A DNA stretch of 34,861 bases from Candidatus Tagabacteria bacterium CG09_land_8_20_14_0_10_41_14 (GTDB lineage: Bacteria > Patescibacteriota > Minisyncoccia > JAHISW01 > Tagabacteraceae). The stretch is from NCBI GenBank assembly GCA_002774055.1, contig PEZL01000005.1, positions 1,101 through 35,961 on the forward strand. The letters are read 5' to 3'. Positions 1 through 9,121 of the stretch are shown in pieces. A model generated the notes under the pieces. The model was not told where the DNA came from, did not search any database, and saw only the letters and a list, made by a program, of their open reading frames with translations. A program made the translations under genes and the position numbers. The number at the start of each line of letters is the position of its first letter. Position 1 is the first letter of the stretch.

Positions 1-301
1 TTATATCTCCATTCACATCCAACTTCGCCCCCGGCGCCGTCGTCCCGATGCCGATGCTGCCGTCAACGATGAGATTGCTGTAGCCGCGCAGGACGCCCTC
101 GACGCCCAAAGCGCCTGATTTATATTGCGTAGACGAAGCAGCATTAATCGGAGCCGAGACGTTGCCGCCGGGCGGGTCCTGGGTAGGCCCTGTCCAATCC
201 AAAGCATAAGCATAAAAAGCCATCGCAAAACAGACAACTAAAACACTAAAAGTTAAAGAAACTATTTTGGGTGATATTTGTTTGTTCATTTTTTGAAACA
301 T
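1..301 (-). CDS. Secreted/surface protein (partial, runs off the window start) with a WTGPTxxPPxGNVxAPIN motif and a GIGTTxPxxKLDV repeat unit
   Basis: Manual translation from ATG 301 (or 289): MFQKMNKQISPKIVSLTFSVLVVCFAMAFYAYALDWTGPTQDPPGGNVSAPINAASSTQYKSGALGVEGVLRGYSNLIVDGSIGIGTTAPGAKLDVNGDI. Signal-peptide-like N-terminus, no stop before the window edge; absent from the ORF track. Confidence 0.8.
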   Translation of the reverse strand, partial: MFQKMNKQISPKIVSLTFSVLVVCFAMAFYAYALDWTGPTQDPPGGNVSAPINAASSTQYKSGALGVEGVLRGYSNLIVDGSIGIGTTAPGAKLDVNGDI

Positions 302-342
302 ATCTTTTTTATATTACTTATAAATAAATTTATTTTTATTAC

Positions 343-720
343 TTATTGAGATTGAGAACGCAGATTGTCCAATTCTTCTATTTGTTGAGCGGTTATTTCT
401 TCTTGAGAAAGAGGTTGAGAATAGTTTTCTTGACTTTCTTGACTTTCTTGACTTTCTTGATTCTCTTGGCGCAGAATGTTCAATTCTTCTATTTGTTTGT
501 CAGGCGTTTCCTGACTAATCGGCTGGACATCCTCTTTCTGGCGAATCCGGTCTATCTCCTGAAGTTGTTCCTGAATCAATAATTCTTGTTCACTTATTCC
601 CCCGGTTTCCGGAATCTGCTCTCCAGGCTCTTTGATGAACAGAAAATAAACAATCACCGCGGCGATTAAAAAGGCCAAAGAAATAATAATAATAGTAATC
701 GCGGTTTTTCTGTCTTTCAT
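343..720 (-). CDS. Hypothetical single-pass membrane protein with a Gln/Glu-rich tail
   Basis: ATG at 720 preceded by a TAAAAT -10-like box; N-terminal TM helix AITIIIISLAFLIAAVIVYFLFI; QES repeats. Confidence 0.7.
   Translation of the reverse strand: MKDRKTAITIIIISLAFLIAAVIVYFLFIKEPGEQIPETGGISEQELLIQEQLQEIDRIRQKEDVQPISQETPDKQIEELNILRQENQESQESQESQENYSQPLSQEEITAQQIEELDNLRSQSQ
427..462. repeat. 9-bp tandem repeat TTTCTTGAC (about 4 copies) encoding QES repeats
   Basis: tttcttgac tttcttgac tttcttgac tttcttgat seen directly. Confidence 0.85.
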
Positions 721-762
721 TAGTGCTATTTTATCAAACAAGCTGGTTCTTGGCAAAAAAAG

Positions 763-771
763 TTATCCACA
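763..771 (+). promoter_or_regulatory. Perfect DnaA-box 9-mer TTATCCACA (intergenic)
   Basis: Exact consensus match between the tRNA and the neighbouring CDS; function not shown. Confidence 0.4.
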
Positions 772-777
772 TAGAGG

Positions 778-850
778 TGCGCGATGCTGGATTTGAACCA
801 GCGGCCCCTTGCGTGTCGAGCAAGTACTCTAACCCCTGAGCTAATCGCGC
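778..850 (-). tRNA. tRNA-Val(GAC)
   Basis: Cloverleaf: acceptor GCGCGAT/ATCGCGC, D arm GCTC/GAGT, anticodon arm CTTGC-TCGACAC-GCAAG, T arm GCTGG-TTCAAAT-CCAGC, discriminator A followed by CCT (CCA incomplete). Confidence 0.95.
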
Positions 851-885
851 TTTAATTATCTTATTATACCTTTATACTATATGTA

Positions 886-2559
886 ATGGCAAAATGGCAA
901 ACAAGAGAACAAGTTTCGGACGATATTGAAACCCAGCTTTTGGCTAGCCGCGGTATAGATGACAAGGACAAGTTTTTCAGCCCCGATTACGAGAAAGATT
1001 TGCGCGACCCTTTCGGCCTTTTAGGAATGGATAAGGCGGTGGATAGAATTTTGTCCGCCATCAAGAAGAGAGAAAAGATAGCCGTTTTCGGAGATTATGA
1101 CGCGGACGGAGTTTGCGCCAGCGCAATTTTTCATGATTTTTTTAAAAAAATTGGGTTTGAAAATTTTGCTGTCCATATACCCGACAGGAACATAGAGGGT
1201 TATGGCCTGAATTTTGAAGCAATTGAACAATTTGAAAAAGAGCAAGTTGATTTGATAATTACAGTTGATTGCGGGATAGCAGATTACGATGAAATTAGAA
1301 AGGCAAATGAAAATGGAATTGATACCGTTGTTTTGGACCATCATCTTCAACCAGAGAAGATTCCTCAGGCGATAGCCATTGTAGATCCAAAGCAAGAAAA
1401 GGACGATTATCCTTTTGAAATGCTTGCCGGCGCCGGCGTGGCTTTTAAGACGATTCAGGCGCTTGTAGACAAGGGTGGATTTGCGGTTACGCCTGGCTGG
1501 GAAAAGTGGCTTTTGGATTTAGTTGCCATTGCCACGGTTGCCGATATGATGCCGCTTGAGGATGAAAATCGCGTCCTGGTTTTTTATGGCCTTCAGGTTT
1601 TGAAGAAAACCCGGCGTCCCGGCCTTTTGAAACTGTTCGAGAAAACAAAAATTCAGCAACAATATATCACTGAAGATGATATTGCTTTTTTGATTGCTCC
1701 TCGTATAAATATTGCCGGCAGGATGGACCATGCAAATGCGAGTTACGCCCTTTTGACCACCGAATCTGTTAGCGAAGCGGAATGGATTGCGGAACATTTG
1801 GATTCGCTTAATGTAGAAAGGAAAGAAACCGTCGCAAAAATTTTGGATGAAATTGATAAAAGGGCGAAGGATTATAAAAAGAAGCCGGAGATAATTGTGG
1901 AGGGAGATTTGTCCTGGCCTGTCGGTGTTTTGGGCCTTACTGCCAATAAAGTTATGGAGAAATATGAATGTCCGGTTTTTTTGTGGGGCGCGGCTGCTGC
2001 GGAAAAAATAAAAGGTTCTTGCAGAAGCAACGGCATGATTAATCTTGTTGATTTGATGAGGCAATTACCGGACGGTTTTCTGAAAGAATTTGGCGGGCAT
2101 GCGGCTGCCGCCGGTTTTTCTCTTGAAGTAGATAAAATAAGTGATTTTAAAGAAGGGGTCGTAAAACTTTTTGGAAAAATTGAAAAAAAAGAAACCGAAG
2201 CTCTTCTTTGGATTGATAAAGAAATTAAGTTGGAGGAGATAGATTGGGATTTTTTGCAAATAGTGGAAAAATTCAGGCCGTTTGGCATGGGTAATTCGCG
2301 TCCCTATTTTCTTTTTAAAAATCTGGAGGTGTCCATGGTTAATAAATTTGGAAATGGCGGCATTCATTTGCGTTTGGATTTTTCCACCCGAGACGGATTG
2401 ATTTCCGCAATTGGTTTTTTTATGTCCAACGGGCATTGGGATATAAAAAGCGGAGATAAGATAGATTTGGCGGCTTCGATAGAAAGAAATTATTTCAACG
2501 GTTATGATGAATTAAGGTTGAGGATTATAGATATTCGCAATTTGCCTGCCTGCCGGTAG
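886..2559 (+). CDS. recJ: Single-stranded DNA exonuclease RecJ
   Basis: GDYDADG, TVDCG, DHH, TVADMMPL, PRINIAGR, GGHAAAAG and PFGMGN motifs. Confidence 0.97.
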   Translation: MAKWQTREQVSDDIETQLLASRGIDDKDKFFSPDYEKDLRDPFGLLGMDKAVDRILSAIKKREKIAVFGDYDADGVCASAIFHDFFKKIGFENFAVHIPDRNIEGYGLNFEAIEQFEKEQVDLIITVDCGIADYDEIRKANENGIDTVVLDHHLQPEKIPQAIAIVDPKQEKDDYPFEMLAGAGVAFKTIQALVDKGGFAVTPGWEKWLLDLVAIATVADMMPLEDENRVLVFYGLQVLKKTRRPGLLKLFEKTKIQQQYITEDDIAFLIAPRINIAGRMDHANASYALLTTESVSEAEWIAEHLDSLNVERKETVAKILDEIDKRAKDYKKKPEIIVEGDLSWPVGVLGLTANKVMEKYECPVFLWGAAAAEKIKGSCRSNGMINLVDLMRQLPDGFLKEFGGHAAAAGFSLEVDKISDFKEGVVKLFGKIEKKETEALLWIDKEIKLEEIDWDFLQIVEKFRPFGMGNSRPYFLFKNLEVSMVNKFGNGGIHLRLDFSTRDGLISAIGFFMSNGHWDIKSGDKIDLAASIERNYFNGYDELRLRIIDIRNLPACR

Positions 2560-2564
2560 GCAGG
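2545..2564. repeat. GC-rich palindrome CCTGCCTGCCGGTAGGCAGG (family A); contains the recJ stop codon
   Basis: Near-perfect 20-nt palindrome; related copy at 22625-22645. Confidence 0.85.
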
Positions 2565-2571
2565 TAGATTA

Positions 2572-2599
2572 GCATAAAATTCGCATATTGGCATCATGG
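2572..2599 (+). repeat. 28-bp dispersed repeat GCATAAAATTCGCATATTGGCATCATGG, copy 1 (includes the rnhA ATG)
   Basis: Identical to 16596-16623. Confidence 0.9.
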
Positions 2600-3042
2600 G
2601 GAAGATTATTATTTATACGGATGGAAGCAGCAGGGGGAATCCCGGACCGGCCGGCGCGGGAGTTGTGATCTGTGATGAAGATGGCCGGCTGATTAAAAAA
2701 TATTCAAAAAAAATTGGTGTTCGCACCAACAATGAGGCCGAATACGAGGCGGTGATTCTAGCGCTCCAAAAAGCCAAGCAAATTTTTGGAAAGGAAAAAG
2801 TGAAAAATTTTGCTTTTGAGATTCGCATGGACAGCGAATTGGTCTGCCGTCAGCTGGGTGGTAGGTATAAAATAAAAGAGGAGAAACTGGTTCCCCTCTT
2901 TATAAAAATTTGGAATATGAAAATGGATTTTGGAAAAATTGATTTTGCGGAAATTCCGCGCGAAAAAAATAAAGAAGCCGATAAACTGGCAAATGAAGTT
3001 TTAGATAAAGGAGAACAACAGGCGGGATTATTTTGTTTTTAA
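2596..3042 (+). CDS. rnhA: Ribonuclease HI family protein
   Basis: YTDGSSRGNPGPAG, TNNEAEY, DSELV and NKEADKLAN catalytic motifs. Confidence 0.95.
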   Translation: MGKIIIYTDGSSRGNPGPAGAGVVICDEDGRLIKKYSKKIGVRTNNEAEYEAVILALQKAKQIFGKEKVKNFAFEIRMDSELVCRQLGGRYKIKEEKLVPLFIKIWNMKMDFGKIDFAEIPREKNKEADKLANEVLDKGEQQAGLFCF

Positions 3043-3732
3043 CAATTCACCGAGTAGATTTTCCACTCGTTGATAATTTTTTAAGGCTCGTTTTAAATAC
3101 TCTAAAATTTTGGGGTCAATTCCAATTTCACCGGAGTTTAGTTTTTCAAAAGCTCTTTTTGCGAAGCCGCCGGCGCTCATTAAGGGATTCCTGATTTCGT
3201 CCGCCAAACTCATCCTTTCTGAAATGATTGTTTTTAATCGCTCGTTTTTTTCTATTATTCGGCCGTGCTGGATACTGGCTATGGCCAGATGGCTGATGGC
3301 CTGCGCAATCAGAATGTCATCCGGATTAAATTCTTTTTTTTCTCCCTTGGCGCCAAAAACCATAACGCCTAAAAATTCTTCGGTTTGCAGGCGGATGTAT
3401 AAAACTTGTTCAACATCTTCTTCCGGCCCTCCTTTCCGCACAAAGACAGCGTTCTGGAATATTGCTTTGTATAAATTAGGATGCGCTGTAAGGGTCAGAT
3501 TAATGCGATGTCCTTTAGGTCGCGCTTTCTGTTCAAAAGCGCATTCTATTACCAGCTCTTCGCTGTTTTTAGGGTTGGCCAGCAGAATGCATCCTTGCTG
3601 TACATCAAGAACTTCGGCCGTCTTTTCTAATAATTTTTCCAGAGTTTTTTGATATGACTCGGTCAGGGTTATTGCTTCAATCAATTCTAAAAAACTTAGT
3701 ATTTGTTCGCGGTCAAATTTCTTTTTAGCCAT
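3028..3732 (-). CDS. GAF domain plus HisKA (DHp)-like helix protein lacking the phosphoacceptor His and the ATPase domain
   Basis: GAF-like segment (LEKTAEVLDVQQGCILL...FNPDDILIAQAISHLAIASI) followed by LADEIRNPLMSAGGFAKR. Confidence 0.7.
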   Translation of the reverse strand: MAKKKFDREQILSFLELIEAITLTESYQKTLEKLLEKTAEVLDVQQGCILLANPKNSEELVIECAFEQKARPKGHRINLTLTAHPNLYKAIFQNAVFVRKGGPEEDVEQVLYIRLQTEEFLGVMVFGAKGEKKEFNPDDILIAQAISHLAIASIQHGRIIEKNERLKTIISERMSLADEIRNPLMSAGGFAKRAFEKLNSGEIGIDPKILEYLKRALKNYQRVENLLGELLKTK

Positions 3733-3797
3733 TTTTTATTGTTTCCTTTCAATGAACTAACTTGCTCTAATGAAAAATAAATCATATTTTTAGGCTA

Positions 3798-5219
3798 ATG
3801 GCAAGGAAGTTTTTGTTTTTTATAATATTTTTCGCGGTCGGCATCTTTACCGGTTCTTTCTTTGATTTATCCGTTTATTTCGGCCTGTTATTCGTTTTTC
3901 TCGCTTTAACTCTCAAATTATTGAAGTTGAACTTCAATAACTTGGTATTTTTTGTGGGTATGTTGGCGTTTGGGCTGGGATTTTCATGGTATGCTTATGA
4001 AGTTATCCCGCCGGATTTGTCTGATTTTCAGATTGGCAGGCAGGTTTTACTGGAGGGCGTTGTTGCTGATGAAGCGGATGAAAGAGAAAATTACACGCGT
4101 TTGGTTTTGGAAGTCGGGAGCGGCGCCAAAATTTTAATTTATACCGGTCATTATCCGAAGTTTAATTACGGAGATAAATTAAAAATTTCCGGCGAATTGC
4201 GAAAACCGGAAAAAATAGATGATTTTGACTGGCCGGCTTATTTGGCAAAAGACGATGTTTACCTTGAAATGTTTTATCCGGATATTGAATTGATTTCCGT
4301 CGGTAACGCTTCCCGGATTAAGCGCTATCTGTTTTCTTTGAAGGCAGACCTTCTTTCAAATGTCTCGCGCGTCATTCCCGAACCCCACGCGTCGTTTTTG
4401 GGCGGGCTTACTTTTGGCGCCAAGCAGAGTATGCCGAAAGGTTTGCAGGACGATTTTCGCAAAACCGGAATTATTCATATTGTGGTGCTTTCCGGGTACA
4501 ACGTAACAATTGTGGCGGATGCCATTATGCGTGTTTTTTCTTTTCTGCCTTCTTTTTTTGGCATCGGACTTGGAGCGCTGGGTATCGCCGCTTTTGCCGT
4601 AATGGCCGGCGCGTCGGCCACGGTGGTTCGCGCTTCTATTATGGCGGTTTTCGTTTTACTGGCTCGGGCTACCGGCAGGATTTACGAAATCACCATAGCG
4701 CTTTTCGCCGCCGGCTTTTTAATGATTTTGCACAATCCGAAAATTCTTCGGTTTGATTCTTCTTTTCAGTTGTCTTTTTTGGCGACAATGGCTTTGATTT
4801 GGGTGGCGCCTATTGTGGAACCAAAATTGAAATTTTTTCCAAAAAAATTTCATATTCGCGAGTTTGCCACAGCCACTATTTCCACCCAGATTTTTGTATT
4901 GCCCCTTCTTTTATATAAGATGGGCTTGTTTTCCGCGGTGAGCGTGCCGGTTAATCTTTTGATTTTAATTTTTGTGCCGGCCACCATGCTTTTCGGGTTT
5001 TTGACGGCCGCAGCCGGTTTTGTCTGGTATTATTTAAGTTTGCCTTTTGGCTGGATAACTTACGTCTTACTGCATTACGAGTTAAAAGTTGTTGAAGTGT
5101 TTGCTTCTTTGCCTTTCGCGTCTTTCGCGATTGATAATTTTCCATTGTGGGTTATGTTGTCGGTGTATGCCGGTTATGCTATTTTAATCTTTTATGGTAA
5201 AGATAAAAAAATATTTTAG
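3798..5219 (+). CDS. comEC: ComEC/Rec2 competence protein, membrane (OB + Competence) part
   Basis: GIIHIVVLSGYNV, ATVVRASIM and SFQLSFLAT motifs; many TM helices. Confidence 0.93.
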   Translation: MARKFLFFIIFFAVGIFTGSFFDLSVYFGLLFVFLALTLKLLKLNFNNLVFFVGMLAFGLGFSWYAYEVIPPDLSDFQIGRQVLLEGVVADEADERENYTRLVLEVGSGAKILIYTGHYPKFNYGDKLKISGELRKPEKIDDFDWPAYLAKDDVYLEMFYPDIELISVGNASRIKRYLFSLKADLLSNVSRVIPEPHASFLGGLTFGAKQSMPKGLQDDFRKTGIIHIVVLSGYNVTIVADAIMRVFSFLPSFFGIGLGALGIAAFAVMAGASATVVRASIMAVFVLLARATGRIYEITIALFAAGFLMILHNPKILRFDSSFQLSFLATMALIWVAPIVEPKLKFFPKKFHIREFATATISTQIFVLPLLLYKMGLFSAVSVPVNLLILIFVPATMLFGFLTAAAGFVWYYLSLPFGWITYVLLHYELKVVEVFASLPFASFAIDNFPLWVMLSVYAGYAILIFYGKDKKIF

Positions 5220-6051
5220 GTTTTATTTTATATTGTTTCTCTTTGCTTGCGTTGTTTTGGTCTGGTACGCGGTTTTCGCGGAAGGCCGGAGCGGGCTGGA
5301 AGTTTATTTTCTAGATGTTGGCCAGGGCGACGCGATTTTTGTGCAGGCGGAAAACGGGAATCAGATGCTTATTGATGCCGGGCCGAATAAAAACGTTTTG
5401 CGCCAGTTAGCCGGAGCGATGCCTTTTTACGACAGAACAATTGATGTTGTTTTGGCCACGCATCCGGATTTGGACCACATCGGCGGCCTGCCGGAAGTCT
5501 TTGGCAGATATAAGGTTGATTTGGTAATTGAACCGGGCATGGTTGCGGATTCCGGGGAATATCTCGCTTTTGATAAAGCGGTTGAAGAGGCGGGCGCGAA
5601 AAGAATTTTCGCCAGGCGCGGGATGAAAATAAATTTGTCCGATGAAGTTTATCTGTTGATTTTATTTCCCAACGTTGACGTTTCTTCTTGGTCGGCGAAT
5701 GACGCTTCAATAATCGCGAAACTTGTTTACGGTAACACTTCATTTTTACTGATGGGCGATTCTCCCCAAAAGATTGAAAAATATTTAGTTTCTCTTGATA
5801 AAGAAAATTTAGACGTGGACGTGCTGAAAGTGGGGCACCACGGTTCCAAAACATCAAGCTCGGAAATTTTTGTCGGTTATGCAAGTCCTGAATACGCGAT
5901 AATTTCTGTCGGGGCGGACAATCGTTACGGCCATCCGCATCAAGAGGTGTTGGATATTTTAAATAAATTTGGAGTTCAAATTTTAAGGACGGATGAGAAT
6001 GGGACTGTAAAAATAAAAAGCGACGGCCAAAAGGTATTTGTCAATTTCTGA
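5194..6051 (+). CDS. ComEC-type metallo-beta-lactamase domain protein (split ComEC C-terminal part)
   Basis: FLDVGQGDA, THPDLDHIGG, KVGHHGSKTSS and NRYGHPH; overlaps the comEC end. Confidence 0.92.
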   Translation: MVKIKKYFRFYFILFLFACVVLVWYAVFAEGRSGLEVYFLDVGQGDAIFVQAENGNQMLIDAGPNKNVLRQLAGAMPFYDRTIDVVLATHPDLDHIGGLPEVFGRYKVDLVIEPGMVADSGEYLAFDKAVEEAGAKRIFARRGMKINLSDEVYLLILFPNVDVSSWSANDASIIAKLVYGNTSFLLMGDSPQKIEKYLVSLDKENLDVDVLKVGHHGSKTSSSEIFVGYASPEYAIISVGADNRYGHPHQEVLDILNKFGVQILRTDENGTVKIKSDGQKVFVNF

Positions 6052-6075
6052 ATAATTTTATAGAATAAAAGCAAC

Positions 6076-6687
6076 ATGGCTGCGGAAAAATTCAAAAACG
6101 AGAGATCACTGATTGTTATCAAGCCCGATGGAGTGCAGAGGTCTTTAATTGGCGAGATTATAAGACGTTTTGAAAGAATAGGATTGAAGCTCTCCGCGAT
6201 TAAAATGCTTGTGCCGCGCAACGAAATGATTGAGAAACATTACACGGTTGATCCGGAGTGGAGAAGAATCACCGGCGAGAAAGCTATCAAGGGCTATAAA
6301 GAAAAAGGCCAAAAGCCGCCGTCAGAGGATCCGTATGAGATTACAGGTTTGATTCTGGAAAGACTTAAGAAGTATATGAGTTCCGGGCCGGTGGTGGCGA
6401 TGGTTTGGCAAGGCGCTCACGCGGTTAAAATTGTCAGAAAATTGGTGGGCGGCACGGAACCTTTTTCTTCGGATGTCGGCACTATCCGCGGAGATTTTGT
6501 GATGGATTCTTATGAAATGTCGGACGGTGATGAAAGGTGCATCAGAAATTTAGTTCATGCCTCCGGTTCGATTGAAGATGCTGAAAAAGAAATCAGCCTT
6601 TGGTTTGCCAAAGAAGAAGTAATAGATTACCGTCTTATTCCGGAACAGATTTTTTATGACGTTAACCTTGACGGTCTTTTAGAATGA
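6076..6687 (+). CDS. ndk: Nucleoside diphosphate kinase
   Basis: IKPDGVQRSLIGEII, SGPVVAMVW, GTIRGDF and RNLVHAS. Confidence 0.96.
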   Translation: MAAEKFKNERSLIVIKPDGVQRSLIGEIIRRFERIGLKLSAIKMLVPRNEMIEKHYTVDPEWRRITGEKAIKGYKEKGQKPPSEDPYEITGLILERLKKYMSSGPVVAMVWQGAHAVKIVRKLVGGTEPFSSDVGTIRGDFVMDSYEMSDGDERCIRNLVHASGSIEDAEKEISLWFAKEEVIDYRLIPEQIFYDVNLDGLLE

Positions 6688-8069
6688 ATATGCCTATTAA
6701 ACTTTCATTTTATGGAGGCGCGCAGGAGGTAACCGGCGCGAATTATCTCTTGGAATGTGGCCCTGACGCAAGGTCGGGGCGACCGGCAATAAAATTGCTG
6801 GTGGATTGCGGGCTTTTTCAGGGGGCAAAAACGGCGGAAGACGAAAATCGCAGGCCTTTTCCCTACAATCCTTCGGAGATTGACGCTTTGTTTGTCACCC
6901 ACGCGCATCTTGACCATATTGGCCGTATTCCGAAACTGGTTCGCGATGGTTTTTCCGGAAAAATTTTTTCCACAGGGCCGACCCGTGATTTCGCAGAACT
7001 TTCTCTTATTGATAGTCTGGGGATTTTAACCAAGGAGGCCCGTAGAGAGAACAAGGAAACTTTTTATTCTAAAGAGGATGTGGAAAAGGCGATGAGTTTA
7101 TGGGAAGTGTTGGAATATGATGAGATGTTTTCTTTGAAAGATGCGGAAATAACGCTTCGTGATGCCGGACATATTTTAGGTTCGGCCATGGTCGAAATGA
7201 AGGTTGAGGATAAAAAGATACTTTTTACCGGTGATTTGGGCAATCCGCCCGTTCCTTTGTTGAAAAGACCTTACGAGCCGAAAGATATTGACTATCTCAT
7301 TATAGAAAGCGCGTATGGAGATAAAGAGCATGAACCCGAAGAGAGTCGGAAAATAAAAATTGAACGCGCCATTGAGAAGGCGATTTTGAACAAGGGCGTT
7401 TTAATGGTGCCTGCTTTTTCGCTGGAGCGCACTCAGCAGTTGCTTTATGAGATTAATGATTTGGTGGAAAACAATCATATTCCGGCCGTGCCGATTTTTT
7501 TGGACAGCCCTTTGGCGATTAAGATGACGGATGTTTATAAAAAATACGAAAGTTTTTATAACAAGAAAGCTAAATTTATCATTTCTTCAGGGGATGATGT
7601 ATTTAATTTTCCCGGTTTGAAGATGACTTTAACCACCGAAGAGTCAAAAGCAATTAATGAAGTACCGCCCCCAAAAGTTGTCATTGCCGGCGCGGGAATG
7701 TCTACAGGCGGCAGGATAATTCATCATGAAAAAAGATATTTGCCGGATAAAAACAGTATTTTGCTGATTATTGGTTACCAGGCCGCCGGTTCTTTGGGCC
7801 GCCAATTGGTTGAAGGTGTCAGGGAGGTGAAGATTTTTGGAGAAGAAGTGCCGGTGAACGCGGAGGTTGTGTCAATAAGAGGGTATTCGGCTCACGCGGA
7901 CACGAATGGCCTTTTTGATTTTGTGGATGAGATTTCAGAAAAATTAAAAAAAGTTTTTGTGGTGCAGGGCGAGGCGCGCGCTTCTTTGTTTTTTAGCCAG
8001 CGCGTCCGTGATTATTTGGCAAAAGAAGCCGTGGTGCCAAAACTTGGTGATACCTTTGAATTGGTGTAA
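6684..8069 (+). CDS. MBL-fold/beta-CASP RNA-processing metallo-hydrolase
   Basis: GGAQEVTG, VDCGLFQG, THAHLDHIGR, AGHILGS, TGDLG and YSAHAD. Confidence 0.92.
   Translation: MNMPIKLSFYGGAQEVTGANYLLECGPDARSGRPAIKLLVDCGLFQGAKTAEDENRRPFPYNPSEIDALFVTHAHLDHIGRIPKLVRDGFSGKIFSTGPTRDFAELSLIDSLGILTKEARRENKETFYSKEDVEKAMSLWEVLEYDEMFSLKDAEITLRDAGHILGSAMVEMKVEDKKILFTGDLGNPPVPLLKRPYEPKDIDYLIIESAYGDKEHEPEESRKIKIERAIEKAILNKGVLMVPAFSLERTQQLLYEINDLVENNHIPAVPIFLDSPLAIKMTDVYKKYESFYNKKAKFIISSGDDVFNFPGLKMTLTTEESKAINEVPPPKVVIAGAGMSTGGRIIHHEKRYLPDKNSILLIIGYQAAGSLGRQLVEGVREVKIFGEEVPVNAEVVSIRGYSAHADTNGLFDFVDEISEKLKKVFVVQGEARASLFFSQRVRDYLAKEAVVPKLGDTFELV
6760..6780. repeat. In-frame GC hairpin GCCCTGAC-GCAAG-GTCGGGGC in a loop of the beta-CASP protein
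   Basis: 8-bp stem with one G-T pair; encodes GPDARSGR between LLE and KLLVDCG. Confidence 0.5.
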
Positions 8070-8078
8070 AATAGGAGT

Positions 8079-8657
8079 ATGGTGAAGCCCGGAGAAAAAA
8101 CTTATCTAAAATATAAAATTTGCGTTTCAGGCGCGGCGGAAACAGGCCATTGCGCGGCCGGTACCTTGGAAAAATCCAAGCAGTTGGGAAAGGAGATAGT
8201 CAAACATAACGCTGTTTTGGTGAACGGCGCGACAACGGGTTTTCCTTTGTGGGCCGCCATGGGCGCCCAGGAAGCCGGCGGTTTTACCATTGGTCTTTCT
8301 CCCGCTTCATCCGAAAAAGAGCATATTAACGATTATAAACTCCCGGTTGATTATATGGATATTATTATTTACACAGGTTTCGGCTATGCGGGCAGGAATC
8401 TTTTGTTAACCCGTTCGTCAGATGCTGTGATTGTTGGCTGCGGCAGAATAGGCACTTTGAACGAGTTTACTGTTGCCTTTGAAGATGATAAGCCGATAGG
8501 TATTTTAATTGATACGGGAGGGACGGCCGATATGGTAAAAAAAATTGTGGATAATTCGCATCGCGGTCCGGGAAAGATTATTTACGAATCCGACCCTAAA
8601 TTGCTGGTGGAAAAAGTTTTAGAAATGATAAAAAAGGAGAAAATTATTGAGTTATAA
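8079..8657 (+). CDS. LOG/SLOG family Rossmann-fold nucleotide-binding protein
   Basis: ICVSGAA, NGATTG, GRNLLLTRSSDAVI and GTLNEF. Confidence 0.85.
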   Translation: MVKPGEKTYLKYKICVSGAAETGHCAAGTLEKSKQLGKEIVKHNAVLVNGATTGFPLWAAMGAQEAGGFTIGLSPASSEKEHINDYKLPVDYMDIIIYTGFGYAGRNLLLTRSSDAVIVGCGRIGTLNEFTVAFEDDKPIGILIDTGGTADMVKKIVDNSHRGPGKIIYESDPKLLVEKVLEMIKKEKIIEL

Positions 8658-8671
8658 TTTATCAGTTTGTC

Positions 8672-9121
8672 ATGTTTGATATAATTTTATCTTCGTCTTT
8701 GTTTCAAATCTTTTTGGCCGCGGTTTTAGGCATGGTGATTGGTTTTGAAAGAGAGCGCATGGATAAACCGGCCGGCCTGCGAACTTATGCTTTGGTTTCT
8801 CTTGGCTCTGCCTTGTTTACAATTCTCTCGGCTACCGGTTTTAAGCACTTTGAGGGCAGTGTGGGTTATGATCCGAGCCGTATTGCCAGTCAAATTGTGG
8901 TGGGAATCGGATTTTTAGGCGCGGGCATAATATTTTTCACTAAAGCAAAAGTGAGAGGATTAACCACGGCTGCCGCTGTTTGGGTTTCCGCCGCGATAGG
9001 CATGGCCGTGGGTTTGGAATTTTATTCCGTAGCCGTTTTTACCACCCTTTTGACTGTTTTGATTCTTTGGTTTTTGCGTATCGCTGAAGCAGGGATTGAT
9101 AAAAGAAATGAGATTTCTTAA
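8672..9121 (+). CDS. MgtC/SapB family membrane protein
   Basis: IGFERE, AGLRT, DPSRIASQIVVGIGFLGAG and GLTTAA. Confidence 0.93.
   Translation: MFDIILSSSLFQIFLAAVLGMVIGFERERMDKPAGLRTYALVSLGSALFTILSATGFKHFEGSVGYDPSRIASQIVVGIGFLGAGIIFFTKAKVRGLTTAAAVWVSAAIGMAVGLEFYSVAVFTTLLTVLILWFLRIAEAGIDKRNEIS

Noticed and set aside
13..237. 74-aa ORF from the track
   Set aside because: Alternate frame of the real surface-protein gene starting at 301.
3798..6051. Split comEC as a frameshift or novelty
   Set aside because: The second ORF has its own ATG and membrane anchor; separately encoded ComEC MBL domains are well known.
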